This document shows, piece by piece, positions 40,184-49,948 of a stretch of 64,000 bases of DNA. The translations under genes were made by a program, and so were the position numbers. The notes under the pieces were generated by a model. It ran no database searches. It was not told the DNA's origin and was given only the letters and a program-made list of their open reading frames with translations. How positions within the stretch are numbered: position 1 is the stretch's first letter; each line of letters opens with the position of its first letter. Source of the stretch: Deltaproteobacteria bacterium (GTDB lineage Bacteria; Myxococcota_A; Polyangia; Fen-1088); contig JANRKS010000001.1 of assembly GCA_033763315.1 (NCBI GenBank), forward strand, positions 1-64,000. Direction: 5' to 3'.

Positions 40184-41620
40184 ATGGATCAACAATCGTC
40201 TGTGTCCCCAGCGCTTGAGCCTACGTCCCAATCCGGACCGCAGGTGGGCGATTTGGTGGGAGCCTATCGTTTGGTGCGGCTGTTGGGCCAGGGCGCCACG
40301 GGCAGTGTGTTCGAGGTGGAGCACACCAAGATTGGGCGTCGGGCGGCGATGAAGGTTTTGACGGGCGAACACGCCACGCGTCCGGGGGCCGTGCGCCGCT
40401 TGTTCCAAGAAGCACAGGCCGTCAACCGCATCAAGCACCCGAACATTGTTGACGTGACGGACCTGATCGAAGGCGGCGCTGACGGGGTCAACGCCATCGT
40501 GATGGAATTGCTTGAAGGGGAGTCTTTGGCGCAGACCATGTTACGGCAGGCGCCGTTGCCCGGGCCGCGTGTGTTGGCGATCTTGCGGCAGGTCACGGAC
40601 GCCCTGGCAGCCGCCCACGGCGCCTATTTCGTTCACAGGGATCTAAAGCCTGAAAACGTGTTTCTCGTGGGGCGCGGGGACGTGGTGAAGCTGCTCGATT
40701 TTGGTCTAGCGAAAGTCGTGGATGGCGCCGGCCCGGCAATGCCCGCGCCCCAAGGCATCGGCCGCGGCTCTTACCACACGGTCGAAGGCACATTCGTTGG
40801 CACCCCGGCCTATTCATCGCCGGAACAGGCGTCTGCCAAACGCGTGGATCACCGAACGGATCTGTACTCACTGGGTGTGATCCTTTACGAGTTGCTGTCT
40901 GGCCGTTTGCCATTCGAAGGCCGCAACTTCGGCGAGTTTTTGGTGAAGCACTTGACCATGCCCGTGCCCGCGATTGCGCGGTCCCGGCTGCGAACGCCGC
41001 TGCAACGCCAGTTGGCGGCGATCGCTTATAAATGCCTAGAAAAGCAGCCTGAAGATCGCTTTGCCTCCGCTGGCGACGTTGGTGCCTTGCTGGACGCGTT
41101 GGCGGCGGGAACACCTGTGACCATCCCGGCCGCCAAGGTCGTCAAGCACGCGGCCGCCACGGGCAAACAGCGGCGGCCTTACGTCATTGTGGCGGCAAGC
41201 CTGCTCCTGCTATCGACCGTGGTGGTTGTATCCTTGCAGCGACGACAGGCACCGCCGCCGGCCATTGCCCCCAGGCAGATCATGGTTTCGTTTCAGTCCG
41301 ACCCGCCAGGGGCGGAAGTGCGACGTGTGGGGCAAGGCACCGTCTTGGGCCGAACGCCGGTGCGGCTGGCGCTGCCAAACCAAGAGGCACAGCTTCAGTT
41401 CGAATTCCGCTTGGCGGGGTTTGCCAGCCAGCGCGTGGACGCCACCGCGGGCCGCGACCAAAGTTTGAGAGTGAAACTGGCGCCGGCTTTGCCCCCGGCT
41501 CCGGCGGTTGAGGCCGCCGAGCCCACCCCACCCCCGCCTAAGAAAGCCCACCGGGCGCCCCCCAGAGGCTCCCGGATCCCGGGAGCCCGGGGGTTGACGG
41601 TCGATCCGTTCGTACCTTGA
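40184..41620 (+). CDS. Membrane Ser/Thr kinase with periplasmic PEGA-like domain
   Basis: GQGATG, HRDLKPEN, DFG, GTPAYSSPE; TM; SDPPGAEV..LGRTP; ends TVDPFVP. Confidence 0.92.
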   Translation: MDQQSSVSPALEPTSQSGPQVGDLVGAYRLVRLLGQGATGSVFEVEHTKIGRRAAMKVLTGEHATRPGAVRRLFQEAQAVNRIKHPNIVDVTDLIEGGADGVNAIVMELLEGESLAQTMLRQAPLPGPRVLAILRQVTDALAAAHGAYFVHRDLKPENVFLVGRGDVVKLLDFGLAKVVDGAGPAMPAPQGIGRGSYHTVEGTFVGTPAYSSPEQASAKRVDHRTDLYSLGVILYELLSGRLPFEGRNFGEFLVKHLTMPVPAIARSRLRTPLQRQLAAIAYKCLEKQPEDRFASAGDVGALLDALAAGTPVTIPAAKVVKHAAATGKQRRPYVIVAASLLLLSTVVVVSLQRRQAPPPAIAPRQIMVSFQSDPPGAEVRRVGQGTVLGRTPVRLALPNQEAQLQFEFRLAGFASQRVDATAGRDQSLRVKLAPALPPAPAVEAAEPTPPPPKKAHRAPPRGSRIPGARGLTVDPFVP

Positions 41621-41658
41621 TCTCGGGCCGCCACCGGACGATGTAAGCTGCGTCAGCC

Positions 41659-42465
41659 GTGCGCCCTAGCCGTTGCTTCCTTCGAGTTCTGCTTCTCACG
41701 CCCTTGTGCGTGGGTTCGTTGGCGGCGCCCACCATGCGCCCCCGGGTTACGTGGGCGGCGCCGTCTTCGGAAGCGCAAGCGCGCGCGCTGTTTCAAAAGG
41801 CGGAGGTCCACTTTAACCTGGGCGAATTCGAGCAGGCCTTGGCGCTTTATGCCGAGGCCTACCGCCTCAAGCCGTTGCCGGGCTTCTTGTTCAACATCGC
41901 GCAGTGCCATCGTTTCATGGAGCACTTCGAAGACGCGGCCTTTTCCTACCGGGTGTATTTGGACCGCGCCCCGCAGGCCAGCAACCGCGCCGAGGTGGAG
42001 GCTCTGGTTGCCCAAATGGACCAGCAGGCCGCCGCACGCACAACGGCGCCCGCGTCGACTGAAGTGGCCCCGCCTCCTGCACCCCCGCCGCCCCCGCCTC
42101 CTGCTGTGGCGCAAGCCGCGAAGCCCCCTGTGGCGCCCGTTGCCTCGACGGTGTCGCCGTGGTTCTGGCCCACGTTGGCCGCAGGAGCTGTTTTTGTGGG
42201 CGCGGGCGTGATCACGGGGCAAATGGCCTCGAACCGCAGTGCCTCATACCGCGATCCCAGCACGCCTGTAACGGATCGGCCTGGCTTGAAAGACTCGGGC
42301 GAGAGCCTGGCAACCGCGTCGCTCGTCTGCCTTGGCGCCGGGGGCGTGGCCTTGGCGGCGGCCGCAGGGCTTTGGTTTTGGGCGCCCGCGACGGCTGAAA
42401 CCACCCAGGTTGCCGCGGCCCCCGTGGCCGGCGGCGGTGTGCTGATGATGAAGGGGGCGTTTTGA
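41659..42465 (+). CDS. Exported TPR protein with C-terminal membrane anchor
   Basis: Signal-like N-terminus; TPRs (ARALF..A..HF.LGEF..AL..Y, LFNIAQC.R); Pro linker; two hydrophobic helices; terminal GGGVLMMKGAF. Confidence 0.8.
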   Translation: MRPSRCFLRVLLLTPLCVGSLAAPTMRPRVTWAAPSSEAQARALFQKAEVHFNLGEFEQALALYAEAYRLKPLPGFLFNIAQCHRFMEHFEDAAFSYRVYLDRAPQASNRAEVEALVAQMDQQAAARTTAPASTEVAPPPAPPPPPPPAVAQAAKPPVAPVASTVSPWFWPTLAAGAVFVGAGVITGQMASNRSASYRDPSTPVTDRPGLKDSGESLATASLVCLGAGGVALAAAAGLWFWAPATAETTQVAAAPVAGGGVLMMKGAF

Positions 42466-43754
42466 AACCCCTCGCGCCGCCTACATTGGCTTTGGCGATG
42501 GCAGCGCTGCTGCTCGGCGCTTGCTGGTCGTGGAGCTTTCCAGACAACTTACTGACCGCGGACGGGGGCACATCGGATGCCGGCACGGACGCCCTGGCGA
42601 CGCCTGATGCCACGTCAGGGGGAACCGGCGGTGGCATGGGCGGCGGTGGTGGTGGCAGCAGCCCAGGTGGTGCAGGTGGCGGACCTAGCGGTGGCAGCGG
42701 CGGCAGCAGCAACCCCGGCGCATGCCTGCCCACGTCGTGTGTTGCGGCCGCGACGCCGGTGTGCGACGCCGTTTCGCGCGTCTGCCGCCCTTGTCGCAAG
42801 GACAACGAATGCGCGACCTCAGGCTTGTGCGCCCTGGATGGCCACTGTGCCACCGACGATCAGATCGCGTTTGTATCGCCGACTTGCCCGGCCACCCCCA
42901 CGGGCACCCGGGCCGCGCCGTTTTGCACGATCGCCGACGCGCTGGTTACCACCAAACCGTACGTTTTCGTGAGCGGGGGCGTTCACAACGACGTGCGCCT
43001 TTCGGCACCGCGGGAGCTGCACGGTACGCCTGGCACGGTCATCCACGGAGGCATGCGTTGCCAGGCCTTGTTGGTGGATGGGCCCGGCGTTGCTGTGATG
43101 GGCTTCACTGTGGATGCGGGCGTGGTGGTTACGGGCAAAGACGCCAGTTTGCAGCTGATCAACAACCAGATAGGCCCGTCCAATTGCGTGGGCGTTACGG
43201 CTTCAAGCGGCGCCGGCTTGGTGATGGAACGCAACTTCATTTACGCCAACGCAGACGGCGGCGTGTGGGTGGACGATGTGCCCTTGCAGATGAAGAACAA
43301 CGTCATTGCAGGCAACGGGGGCGCCATGCGCAACTTTGGTGGTGCCAGGTTGGCCCCGCGGCAGCCGAGCCTCGTCGTCAACAACACGATCGTCAACAAC
43401 CGCTCGCGGGGCAACATGGTTGAGGCGCCCGGGTTGCGCTGTGATGCCACGCTCGCCGTGGCCAACAACATTGTTTGGGGGAACGTGCGGGGGCAAGGCG
43501 TCGGCCAAATGTCCCCCGAATGCGTATCGACGTTTGGGCTCGTCCAGTTGGCGCCCGGCGAGCCTGGCACGGCCAACAACATCGCTTCTGACCCGCAATT
43601 CACGGGTGGCCCCCCGAACTTATCCGCGAGCTACCGGCTTAACGCCGCATCGCCGGCCATCAACCCGCCTTCCACACTGAACGCGCCCGCGCTTGATTTC
43701 GACGCCGAACCCCGTGATGCCAAGCCCGATCTCGGCTCGTTCGAGCACCGCTAG
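42462..43754 (+). CDS. Lipoprotein with Cys-rich module and right-handed beta-helix
   Basis: Lipobox LLGAC, Gly/Ser linker, Cys cluster, GT.AAPFCTI..AL, NN.I..N repeats, DPQF..YRL...SPAIN..D...PR...PDLGSFE. Confidence 0.8.
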   Translation: MKPLAPPTLALAMAALLLGACWSWSFPDNLLTADGGTSDAGTDALATPDATSGGTGGGMGGGGGGSSPGGAGGGPSGGSGGSSNPGACLPTSCVAAATPVCDAVSRVCRPCRKDNECATSGLCALDGHCATDDQIAFVSPTCPATPTGTRAAPFCTIADALVTTKPYVFVSGGVHNDVRLSAPRELHGTPGTVIHGGMRCQALLVDGPGVAVMGFTVDAGVVVTGKDASLQLINNQIGPSNCVGVTASSGAGLVMERNFIYANADGGVWVDDVPLQMKNNVIAGNGGAMRNFGGARLAPRQPSLVVNNTIVNNRSRGNMVEAPGLRCDATLAVANNIVWGNVRGQGVGQMSPECVSTFGLVQLAPGEPGTANNIASDPQFTGGPPNLSASYRLNAASPAINPPSTLNAPALDFDAEPRDAKPDLGSFEHR

Positions 43755-43916
43755 GCAACCGACCGCCGGTGGCTTTGCCAAAGCGACGTACCGGGCGGGC
43801 ATATGTGGAAATAACTCTGCATTCCGGTTAGTTGTAAGTCCGCGTTCCGCAAGGTTCCACCGGCAAGCCGCCGGAGGCCGCCGCCGCGGGCTTTAGACGA
43901 CTAGCCAGGGATAACA

Positions 43917-44909
43917 ATGGACGTTCGCGTCATCAACGAGTTGGTTCAGAAACACTGTGGCTTCGTAGACAACCTGGCCCACGAGGTGGGCAAGGTGATT
44001 GTGGGTCAGAAGCTGATGATCGACCGCATCTTGGTGGGCCTGCTGACCGGCGGCCACGTGCTGCTTGAAGGTGTTCCCGGGTTGGCCAAGACGCTGACGG
44101 TGAAGACCATGGCAGACGCGTTGGGGCTTGAGTTCTCGCGCATTCAGTTCACGCCCGATTTGCTCCCCGCCGACATCATCGGCACCGTTATCTACAACCA
44201 AGCCCGCAGCGAATTCATCGCCAAGAAGGGTCCGGTGTTCGCGAACCTTGTTTTGGCGGACGAAATCAACCGGGCCCCCGCCAAGGTGCAATCGGCGCTG
44301 CTCGAATCGATGCAAGAGCGGCAAGTGACGATTGGCGACACCACCCACACGCTGCCTGATCCGTTCTTGGTGATGGCCACCCAAAACCCCATCGAACAAG
44401 AAGGCACGTATGCGTTGCCCGAAGCGCAGCTGGATCGCTTCATGTTGATGGTGAAGGTGGGGTATCCCACGAAGGAAGACGAACGCGCGATTATGGACCG
44501 CATGACGGCGAACGTGGGCGGGCCTGCGCCCAAAGCGTCGCGCGTGGCCGATCCGGCGGCGCTCACAGAAGCGCGCCAAGTTGTGGGCCAGATCTACATC
44601 GACGAGAAAATTCGCGATTACATCGTGAACTTGGTGCACGCCACGCGCGATCCTAAAGCTTATGGCCTCAAGGATCTCGCCGACTACATCGAATTCGGCG
44701 CCAGCCCGCGCGCCTCGATCTTCTTGAATCTGGCGGCGCGCGCGCATGCGTTTTTGCGACACCGTGGTTACGTGACTCCTGAAGACATCAAAGCGGTGGG
44801 CATCGATGTGCTTCGCCACCGTGTGAACCTCACGTACGAAGCCGAAGCCGAAGACATCACCTCCGAACAAGTGGTGCGCCGTTTGTTCGAGACGATCGAA
44901 GTCCCTTGA
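43917..44909 (+). CDS. moxR: MoxR-family AAA+ ATPase
   Basis: EGVPGLAKT, RIQFTPDLLPAD, LADEINRA, ATQNPIEQEGTY.LPEAQLDRF, GASPR. Confidence 0.95.
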   Translation: MDVRVINELVQKHCGFVDNLAHEVGKVIVGQKLMIDRILVGLLTGGHVLLEGVPGLAKTLTVKTMADALGLEFSRIQFTPDLLPADIIGTVIYNQARSEFIAKKGPVFANLVLADEINRAPAKVQSALLESMQERQVTIGDTTHTLPDPFLVMATQNPIEQEGTYALPEAQLDRFMLMVKVGYPTKEDERAIMDRMTANVGGPAPKASRVADPAALTEARQVVGQIYIDEKIRDYIVNLVHATRDPKAYGLKDLADYIEFGASPRASIFLNLAARAHAFLRHRGYVTPEDIKAVGIDVLRHRVNLTYEAEAEDITSEQVVRRLFETIEVP

Positions 44910-44951
44910 TGAGGCGCCGTCGCCCGTACTGGGCGATGGGAGTGGCTGCTG

Positions 44952-45836
44952 ATGCTGACCCGCGAAGTTCTTAAAAAGATCCGAAAAATCGAGATCGCCA
45001 CGCAACGTCTGGTGCGCGACCGCATGGCCGGGCAATACCTTTCGGTGTTCAAAGGCAGCGGCATCGCGTTCTCCGAAGTGCGGCAGTACATGCCGGGCGA
45101 CGACATCCGCTTGATCGACTGGAACGTCTCCGCTCGCATGAACGAGCCGTACATCAAGCTCTTCACCGAAGAGCGCGAGATGACGGTGATGCTGCTGGTG
45201 GATATGTCGGCGTCAGGTCAGTTCGGTTCGGTGGGCCGCGAAAAGCGTGAGGTGGCGGCGGAGTTGGCCGCCGTGGTGGCATTTTCGGCGATCAAGAACA
45301 ACGACCGCGTGGGGCTCATCATCTTCACCGATGAAGTGGAGCGTTTCGTGCCGCCGAAAAAGGGCAAGAAGCACGTGCTCCGCGTCGTCAGCGAGATCTT
45401 AACGTTCCAGCCGCAATCGCGCCGAACGGATTTGCGATCAGGTATTGAGTTCTTGGGGCGTGTGGCGCGTCGACGTGCGGTGGCGTTCTTGATTTCGGAT
45501 TTTCTTTCGCCACAGGATCGTTACGAGCGGCCCTTGCGCGTGGCCGCGCGCCGCCACGATCTTGTGCCCGTGACGATCATTGATCCGTTGGAAGAAGCCT
45601 TGCCCAACGTGGGCCTCGTGGATCTTGAAGATCCTGAAACGGGTGAAATCATCACATTCGATACGAGTGGCCCCGAAGCGCGTGCGTTCGCGGCAAACGT
45701 TGCGCGCGCCAAAGACGCACGCAAAGCCTTGTTTAATAAGTTGGATCTGGATGGCATTGAAGCGCGCACCGATCGGCCCTACCTACCCGCGCTGACCGCC
45801 TTCTTTGAAGCGCGTGCGCGAAGGATGCGGCACTGA
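44952..45836 (+). CDS. DUF58 protein
   Basis: FSEVRQYMPGDDIR.IDWNVSAR, VDMSASG, LISDF. Confidence 0.92.
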   Translation: MLTREVLKKIRKIEIATQRLVRDRMAGQYLSVFKGSGIAFSEVRQYMPGDDIRLIDWNVSARMNEPYIKLFTEEREMTVMLLVDMSASGQFGSVGREKREVAAELAAVVAFSAIKNNDRVGLIIFTDEVERFVPPKKGKKHVLRVVSEILTFQPQSRRTDLRSGIEFLGRVARRRAVAFLISDFLSPQDRYERPLRVAARRHDLVPVTIIDPLEEALPNVGLVDLEDPETGEIITFDTSGPEARAFAANVARAKDARKALFNKLDLDGIEARTDRPYLPALTAFFEARARRMRH

Positions 45837-46834
45837 TGCGCGCTTTCGTGCTCGCCACGTGCATGGCCGCCGGGTTGATGGGTGCATTGCAGGTCAGCGC
45901 GCGTGCGCAACCGCCTACCGCCGCCGCGCCCGCGGCCGATCCCGATGTGCCCACGGTGGCCGCACGTGTGCTGCAAAACGAAGCGCACGTGGGCGATACC
46001 ATCACCTTGATCGTGACCGCGGTGGCGCCCGAGCGTGTGCCGGTGAATCTGCCCGCGAACTTGGATCTATCGCCCTTTGAGCTGGTGGATCGCAGCCTCA
46101 CAGAAAAAGTCTTGGGTGATGGCAAGCGCCAACGCGAATTCACGTTTCGCATCGCCGCATTTGAACCAGGCGAGCACACAATCCCGGCCGTGTCGCTCAC
46201 CTACTTGGCAAAACAAGGCGCTGTTCGCAGCGTTTCGACAGACCCGTTGCCGGTCACCATCAAGAGCTTGCTCTCGAATGAACCCAACCCCGAGCCCAAG
46301 CCCGATGCCGCACCCGTGTCTGTGACAGTGGAGGTGCGCTGGCCGCTTTACGTGGCAGGCGCCATCTTGGCCGCGATCTTAGGGGCGTTGCTCGGCTCGT
46401 GGCTGTTGGCAAGGTGGCGCAAGCGCACCAAGTTCGTCTACGTTCCGCCGCCGCGGCCCGCGCACGAAGTCGCATTGGAGAAGCTGGAAAAACTGGGCGC
46501 CGCGTTCACCCCGACGGAAGATATGCGACCGTTTTACTTCGAACTGTCGGAGATCTTGCGCGAGTATTTCGGCGGCCGCTACGGATTCGATAGTCTTGAG
46601 CTGACCACGGACGAGCTGCTCAATGAACTGCGCCGGCATGGACGCAAGCCGCTTGTCATCTCCGATGTCGAGGGGTGGCTGGCTGGATGCGACTTGGTGA
46701 AATTCGCGCGCGTGTCCCCCAGCGAAGACGAAGCGCGCGCCGCCCTAGACGCGGGCATCAAGTTTGTCGTAACGACGCGACCTGTGCCCGAACCGCCGCC
46801 TGCACAGACCCAGGAGGCGAACGCCCGTGGCTGA
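45836..46834 (+). CDS. Bat-operon membrane protein (Ig-like domain, TM, helical C-domain)
   Basis: Signal, beta domain, TM, FY.ELS.ILREY...TT.E...DLVKFA. Confidence 0.75.
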   Translation: MRAFVLATCMAAGLMGALQVSARAQPPTAAAPAADPDVPTVAARVLQNEAHVGDTITLIVTAVAPERVPVNLPANLDLSPFELVDRSLTEKVLGDGKRQREFTFRIAAFEPGEHTIPAVSLTYLAKQGAVRSVSTDPLPVTIKSLLSNEPNPEPKPDAAPVSVTVEVRWPLYVAGAILAAILGALLGSWLLARWRKRTKFVYVPPPRPAHEVALEKLEKLGAAFTPTEDMRPFYFELSEILREYFGGRYGFDSLELTTDELLNELRRHGRKPLVISDVEGWLAGCDLVKFARVSPSEDEARAALDAGIKFVVTTRPVPEPPPAQTQEANARG

Positions 46835-47930
46835 CGCTTCAATCAAAGACGCAACGCCCGCCCGGGCTTTGGCCCGCGTGCCTTGGATTCCCTTGGCGGC
46901 GATGTTCATCATCTTGGTGGGCGTTTACGCGTGGGTGTTGCGCGACGCCGGCGGCTTTCGCTTCGCCCACAAATACGCGTTGGCTTTGCCCGTGTTGGGT
47001 ACCGCGCTGGTGGTGTTTTCGGCCTTTATGCGCCGTCGCAGCCGCGTGGGCACCCTGCGCTTCGCACGCGCACACGAGCTCGCCGTGCAAAAGAAGGGGT
47101 GGGTGTCGCGGCTTGCCGATGCCCCCACGTTGCTTCGCGTGGGCGCCGTCGCTTTGTGCGGGGTGGCGCTGGCGCGCCCACAAACCACGCGCCTTGATGA
47201 CAACATCGAGCTTGAGGGCATCGACATCATCGTCGCGCTCGATGTGTCGGGCTCGATGGATGAACGAGACCTGGCCCCCAATCGTTTAACGGCCGCCAAA
47301 GAAGTGATTCGCGACTTCGTGTCGCGCCGTCCTTCCGATCGGTTGGGACTCGTGCTGTTTGGCCGCGAAGCCTACACGTATATTCCGCCCACGCTAGATC
47401 ACGGCACCTATCTGAGAATGCTCAAAGATCTGCAGCTGGGCATCGTTGATGAAAAGGGCACGGCGATCGGCAACGGTTTGGGTGTGGCGCTGGGACGCCT
47501 GCGAAAGTCTGAGGCGCGATCAAAGGTGGTGATCCTGCTGACCGACGGCGACAACAACGCCGGCAACATCTCGCCGGTGGAAGCCGCAAAAATGGCGCAA
47601 ACCTTGGGCGTTAAGGTGTATACGATCTTGGCTGGTTCAAGCGATTCCGCCGACGATCCCAGCGAATCGCAAGCGGGCCACCGCTATCCGGTCAACCCCA
47701 AACTGCTTGAGCAAATCGCCACGATGACGGGCGGCACGCCTTACCTTGCCACCGATCGCGCGGCCTTGGCCAAACGCTTTCAAACGATCCTCGAAGAGCT
47801 CGAAAAATCGCGCATGGACGACAGGGGCGTACTTTACGCCGAACTTTACGCGTGGTTCTTGTGGCCGGCGCTTGCCCTCTTGCTGCTTGAGTTGGCCATG
47901 CGGTTTTCACGTTGGGGGCGGCTGCCATGA
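46827..47930 (+). CDS. batA: BatA-like vWA protein
   Basis: ALARPQ, MIDAS DVSGSM, GTAIGNGL, LLTDG. Confidence 0.85.
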   Translation: MADASIKDATPARALARVPWIPLAAMFIILVGVYAWVLRDAGGFRFAHKYALALPVLGTALVVFSAFMRRRSRVGTLRFARAHELAVQKKGWVSRLADAPTLLRVGAVALCGVALARPQTTRLDDNIELEGIDIIVALDVSGSMDERDLAPNRLTAAKEVIRDFVSRRPSDRLGLVLFGREAYTYIPPTLDHGTYLRMLKDLQLGIVDEKGTAIGNGLGVALGRLRKSEARSKVVILLTDGDNNAGNISPVEAAKMAQTLGVKVYTILAGSSDSADDPSESQAGHRYPVNPKLLEQIATMTGGTPYLATDRAALAKRFQTILEELEKSRMDDRGVLYAELYAWFLWPALALLLLELAMRFSRWGRLP

Positions 47931-48946
47931 TGCGCCTGGCGGAACCCCATGTGGTTTGGTTGCTGCTGCTTGTGCCACTGCTTGTCGTGGCATTCGCGAT
48001 CTCGTTCACGCGTCGGCGGCGCCACTTGGCCCGCTTAGGGGAAGCCGGCTTGATTGCGCGCATGACCGCGAGCGTTTCACGCTCCCGCCAGATCTTGCGC
48101 GCGGTGTTTGTGACGCTGGCAGTGATGTTTGTGGTGATGGCGTTGGCGCGGCCACAAGCCGGGGGTCGTGCGAAGCTGGAAAAGCAGCGCGGTTTGGACC
48201 TCATGGTCGCGCTCGACTTTTCAAAATCGATGTTGGCGCGCGACGTTTACCCTTCACGGTTGGAACGCGCCAAACGTGAGCTTGAGCGTTTGATGGATCA
48301 CTTGGCGGGCGACCGCATCGGTTTGGTCGCGTTTGCAGGCGAGACGCTTTCGTATCCGCCCACCACCGACTACGCGGCCGTGAAATTGTTCTGGCGTGAT
48401 CTGCAGCCCACCGACATGCCGGTGGGCGGTACGGCGGTGGGGCGCGCGTTAAAAGCCGCCATCGAACCGCTCGTACGGCTGCGCAGCAAAGGCGGTGAAA
48501 CGCGTTCGCAAGTGATTCTCTTGTTGACCGATGGCGAGGACACAGAAAGCGAACCGTTGGAGGTTGCCGCGGAGGCGGCGCGTTTGGGTATCAAAATCTT
48601 CGCTGTGGGCGTGGGTTCACGTTCGGGTGAACTGATCCCGCAAGTGGATCAAGACGGCAAAGTGACGGGATACCTTAAGGACAAAGACGGCAAATACGTG
48701 ACGTCGCGTTTGGCCGAAGACATGCTGTCGCAGATCGCCAGCAAAACGAATGGCGAATACCTGCGTGCCGATGCCAAGCAGTTCGGAGTGGAGATGATTG
48801 AAGCGGCTTTGGCCGGGCTCAAGCGAACGGAAACGGAAGCGCGCCTTGTGAAGCAGTATGACGAAGTGTTCGAGTGGCTGCTGTTCCCGGCCTTCTTGTT
48901 GCTGGTGGGGCAAGCCTGCATGAGTGAACGGAAGCGTGGCACATGA
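47927..48946 (+). CDS. batB: BatB-like vWA protein
   Basis: ALARPQ, DFSKSM, PSRLERAK, LLTDGED. Confidence 0.85.
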   Translation: MMRLAEPHVVWLLLLVPLLVVAFAISFTRRRRHLARLGEAGLIARMTASVSRSRQILRAVFVTLAVMFVVMALARPQAGGRAKLEKQRGLDLMVALDFSKSMLARDVYPSRLERAKRELERLMDHLAGDRIGLVAFAGETLSYPPTTDYAAVKLFWRDLQPTDMPVGGTAVGRALKAAIEPLVRLRSKGGETRSQVILLLTDGEDTESEPLEVAAEAARLGIKIFAVGVGSRSGELIPQVDQDGKVTGYLKDKDGKYVTSRLAEDMLSQIASKTNGEYLRADAKQFGVEMIEAALAGLKRTETEARLVKQYDEVFEWLLFPAFLLLVGQACMSERKRGT

Positions 48947-49914
48947 ATCGCACAGCGCTGACACATACGTTTTGGTTGGGTGTGGGGCTTACATGTTTGC
49001 TGCCCGCCATGTTGGGCGTGAATCTGTTGCAAACGCACAACCGGCACGTGGAGCAGGGCAACAAGCAATTCCAAGGCGGCAAGGTGGATGAGGCGCTGAA
49101 GCTCTATGACAAGGCGCTGCAAGAGGATGGCTTGGCCGACCCACAAGCCCGCGCGGCCGCAGAGTTTAACCGGGGAACGGCGCTGTCAGCGATGGGCAAA
49201 GCCGACGAAGCCGCACAAGCTTTTTTGGAAGCGACCAAATCCAAAGACAATAGCCTGCGCGCCCGCGCCTTTTACAACTTGGGCAATACCTTCATCAAGG
49301 GCGAGAAATTCTCGGAAGCGGTGGAGGCGTTCAAGCGATCACTGGTGCTGGAGCCGCGCAACAACGACGCCAAATGGAACCTAGAGCTCGCCTTGCGCAA
49401 GAAGAAGGAGCAAGACGAGAAGAACAAGAACGACGACAAAGACAAAAAATCGGACCCCAACAACAAAGATAAAAATGGGGACAAGACCGACCCATCCAAC
49501 AAGCCACAGGATGGGCAGGACAAGTCTGGCCAAAACGACACCAAGCCCAACGAGGAGAACAAGCCCGACGACGGCAAGCCGAACGAGCCGAAGCCCGGCG
49601 AAGATCAAAAGCAGAACCCGCAAGAAGACGGCCAGGGCCAACAAAACAAGCCGGATGAGCCAGCGCAGGAAAAACCAGAAGACAAGCCAAGCGAACAAGC
49701 TCAGGGCGCCCCCGAGCAGCAGCCCAAGCCTTCGCCCGCCGCCGCGGCCCAGCCAGACAAAGGCGACAACAAAGAAGACGCCAAGGGTACGGCCGCGGAG
49801 ATGAAGGAAATCAACGCCATCCTTGACAGCCTTGAACAAAGCCCACGGCAGATCGAACAGCAGCGGGCGCGCGTGCGGGCGATGCAGCGAAGGGCACCGG
49901 TCAAAGACTGGTGA
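48943..49914 (+). CDS. batC: BatC-like TPR protein with charged low-complexity tail
   Basis: TPRs (YNLGN, DAKWNLELAL), K/D/Q-rich linker, terminal KDW. Confidence 0.85.
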   Translation: MNRTALTHTFWLGVGLTCLLPAMLGVNLLQTHNRHVEQGNKQFQGGKVDEALKLYDKALQEDGLADPQARAAAEFNRGTALSAMGKADEAAQAFLEATKSKDNSLRARAFYNLGNTFIKGEKFSEAVEAFKRSLVLEPRNNDAKWNLELALRKKKEQDEKNKNDDKDKKSDPNNKDKNGDKTDPSNKPQDGQDKSGQNDTKPNEENKPDDGKPNEPKPGEDQKQNPQEDGQGQQNKPDEPAQEKPEDKPSEQAQGAPEQQPKPSPAAAAQPDKGDNKEDAKGTAAEMKEINAILDSLEQSPRQIEQQRARVRAMQRRAPVKDW

Positions 49915-49948
49915 AGGTAATCAACTGGTAGTGCAAGCCACCCCGCGT

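Noticed and set aside
43893-45035. 380-aa antisense ORF over moxR, and similar long antisense ORFs over pyc, clpB and batD
   Set aside because: Shadow ORFs expected from high-GC codon bias opposite conserved genes; no motifs of their own
49400-49800. Repetitive GACAAG/AAGCCC-rich DNA, also the Asp-codon runs at about 19440-19545
   Set aside because: Low-complexity protein-coding regions, not CRISPR or tandem DNA repeats; no constant repeat-spacer period
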